Part shown: piece by piece, positions 25,317-26,739 of the stretch
Layout: the number at the start of each line of letters is the position of its first letter
Position numbering within the stretch: position 1 is the stretch's first letter
NCBI GenBank assembly: GCA_032128115.1
Contig: JAQBHB010000106.1
Coordinates: 1-26,739 of the forward strand
Length of the DNA stretch: 26,739 nt
Direction of reading: 5' to 3'
Source: Deltaproteobacteria bacterium
GTDB lineage: Bacteria > Myxococcota_A > UBA9160 > SMWR01
Program-made: the position numbers and the translations under genes
The notes under the pieces: model-generated
The model's database searches: none
What the model was told of the DNA's origin: nothing
What the model saw: the letters and a program-made list of their open reading frames with translations, nothing else

Positions 25317-26739
25317 GCACCCACGCCCAGGACGAGCTGCTGTTGCTGATCCGCTCCGGATGGCGATTGATCGTGCTGGAGACGTGTGAGGAGGAACGCG
25401 CCCTGGCCGCCATCGAGCGCGCGGCGCAGGGCGCCGAGCGGGCCTGCATTCCGTGGTCGCTGGCGTCGGGCATGAGCGGTCGCCCGGAGAGCGCGGGCTC
25501 CCTGGACGCGGGCCTGCGGGCCATCGCCCAGGTCGAGGAGCCGGCGCTGTTCGTCCTGCTGGACGCCCACCGCCTGCTGGACGATCCCATCGGCGTGCGC
25601 CGCCTTCGCGACTTGCTGCAGCACCTGACGCGACGCAAGCAGTGCGTGGTGCTGCTTTCGCCGCTGCTGGAGCTGCCCGTGGAGCTGGGCCGCGAGGCTG
25701 CGCGCCTGGAACTTCCCCTGCCCGATGCCGACGAGCTGCGAGGGTTGTTCGAGCGGCTGCTGGTGAAGAACAAGCTGCCCGCCGACGCCGTGGAAGTGCT
25801 CGACGACGCCGTGCGCGGCGCCCTGGGGCTCACCGCCTTCGAGGCGGTGCGCGTGTTTCGCAAGGCCCTGCGGGTGGCCAAGGGCCTGAACAGCGGGGCC
25901 GTGGCCGAGGTGGTGCGCGACAAACGCCGGGCCCTGCGACGCACGCCCGCCCTGGCCTTCCACGAGGATCCGGCGGGACTGTCCCAGGTGGGCGGGCTGG
26001 GCGAGCTCAAGCGCTGGCTTCAGGAGCGCCGGCGGGCCTACGGCGAAGAGGCGCGGCAGTTCGGACTGCCCCTGCCCCGGGGTCTGTTGCTGCTGGGCGT
26101 CCAGGGCTGCGGGAAATCGCTGTGCGCCAAGGCGGTAGCCCGTGAGTGGCAGTTTCCACTGCTGCGTCTGGACCTGGCCGCCGCCTTTTCGAGTCCTGGC
26201 CGCAGCCCGGAGATGGCGATTCGCGAGGCGACCCAGGTGGCCGAGTCGCTGGCCCCCGCCGTGCTGTGGATCGACGAGATCGAGAAAGGCTTCGCGGCCT
26301 CGGCCCAGGACGCCCGCTCCAGCCGGGTGTTCGGCGCCTTTCTCACCTGGCTCTCGGAAAAACAGTCGCCGGTATTCGTGGTGGCCACGGCCAACGACGT
26401 GTCCGACCTGCCGCCGGAGCTGTTGCGGCGCGGCCGCTTCGACGATCTGTTCTTCGTCGATCTGCCCACGGTCACCGAACGCGCAGAAATCGTGTCGATC
26501 CACCTGGCTCGCCGCGGCCGCGACCCGAAGCAGTTCCGGGTCCAGGAGCTGGCCGAACAGGCCGAGCGACTGACCGGTGCCGAAATCGAGCAGGCGGTGA
26601 GCGCGGCCCTGTATGCGGCCTTTGCCGACTCCCGCGACCTCACGGACGCCGACGTGATCCAGGCGCTGGACGAGACGGTGCCGCTCTACGACACCTACGA
26701 AGAGCGCATCAAAGAACTCCGCGACTGGGCCAAGGGGCG
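25313..26739 (+). CDS. Ycf46-like AAA+ ATPase (3' end runs off the window)
   Basis: Not in the ORF track (no stop). ATGA overlap with the gspE stop. Manual translation: MSTHAQDELLLLIRSGWRLIVLETCEEERAL..., VGGLGELKRWL, GLLLLGVQGCGKS, LWIDEIEKGF, VVATAND, PPELLRRGRFD, TGAEIEQ, ELRDWA. Confidence 0.92.

Overview
High-GC bacterial chromosomal segment; gene content is suggestive of Myxococcota/deltaproteobacteria-like organisms, but this is inference only. It holds 18 credible CDSs (2 truncated by the window edges) and one tRNA-Glu(TTC). I saw no mobile element or CRISPR array. Left to right: VOC protein and PagL-like beta-barrel (-); a tight 3-gene operon (+) of a NodC/hyaluronan/chitin-synthase-like processive GT2, a remote HlyD/MFP-like adaptor and a remote TolC-like protein; a converging (-) run of MBL-fold protein, GtrB/ArnC-like GT2, SAM methyltransferase and YfhO-like GT-C; a REC-GGDEF-EAL protein; a helical-repeat hypothetical; an NTT/TLC-type nucleotide transporter coupled to a secreted beta-lactamase-fold protein (+); converging on it (-) a LapG-like lipoprotein, a signal-peptide-bearing dikinase with glucan-water-dikinase domain order and a second secreted beta-lactamase-fold protein; an EipA/DUF1134-like protein; a second REC-GGDEF-EAL paralog; tRNA-Glu; and a GspE/PilB ATPase coupled to a Ycf46-like AAA ATPase. 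Two candidate undescribed systems stand out: (1) an extracytoplasmic ATP-dependent dikinase module with its own nucleotide transporter (13108-20555) and (2) a synthase-adaptor-TolC glycan export machine (1479-5061). All family calls come from motif recognition by eye; no searches were run.
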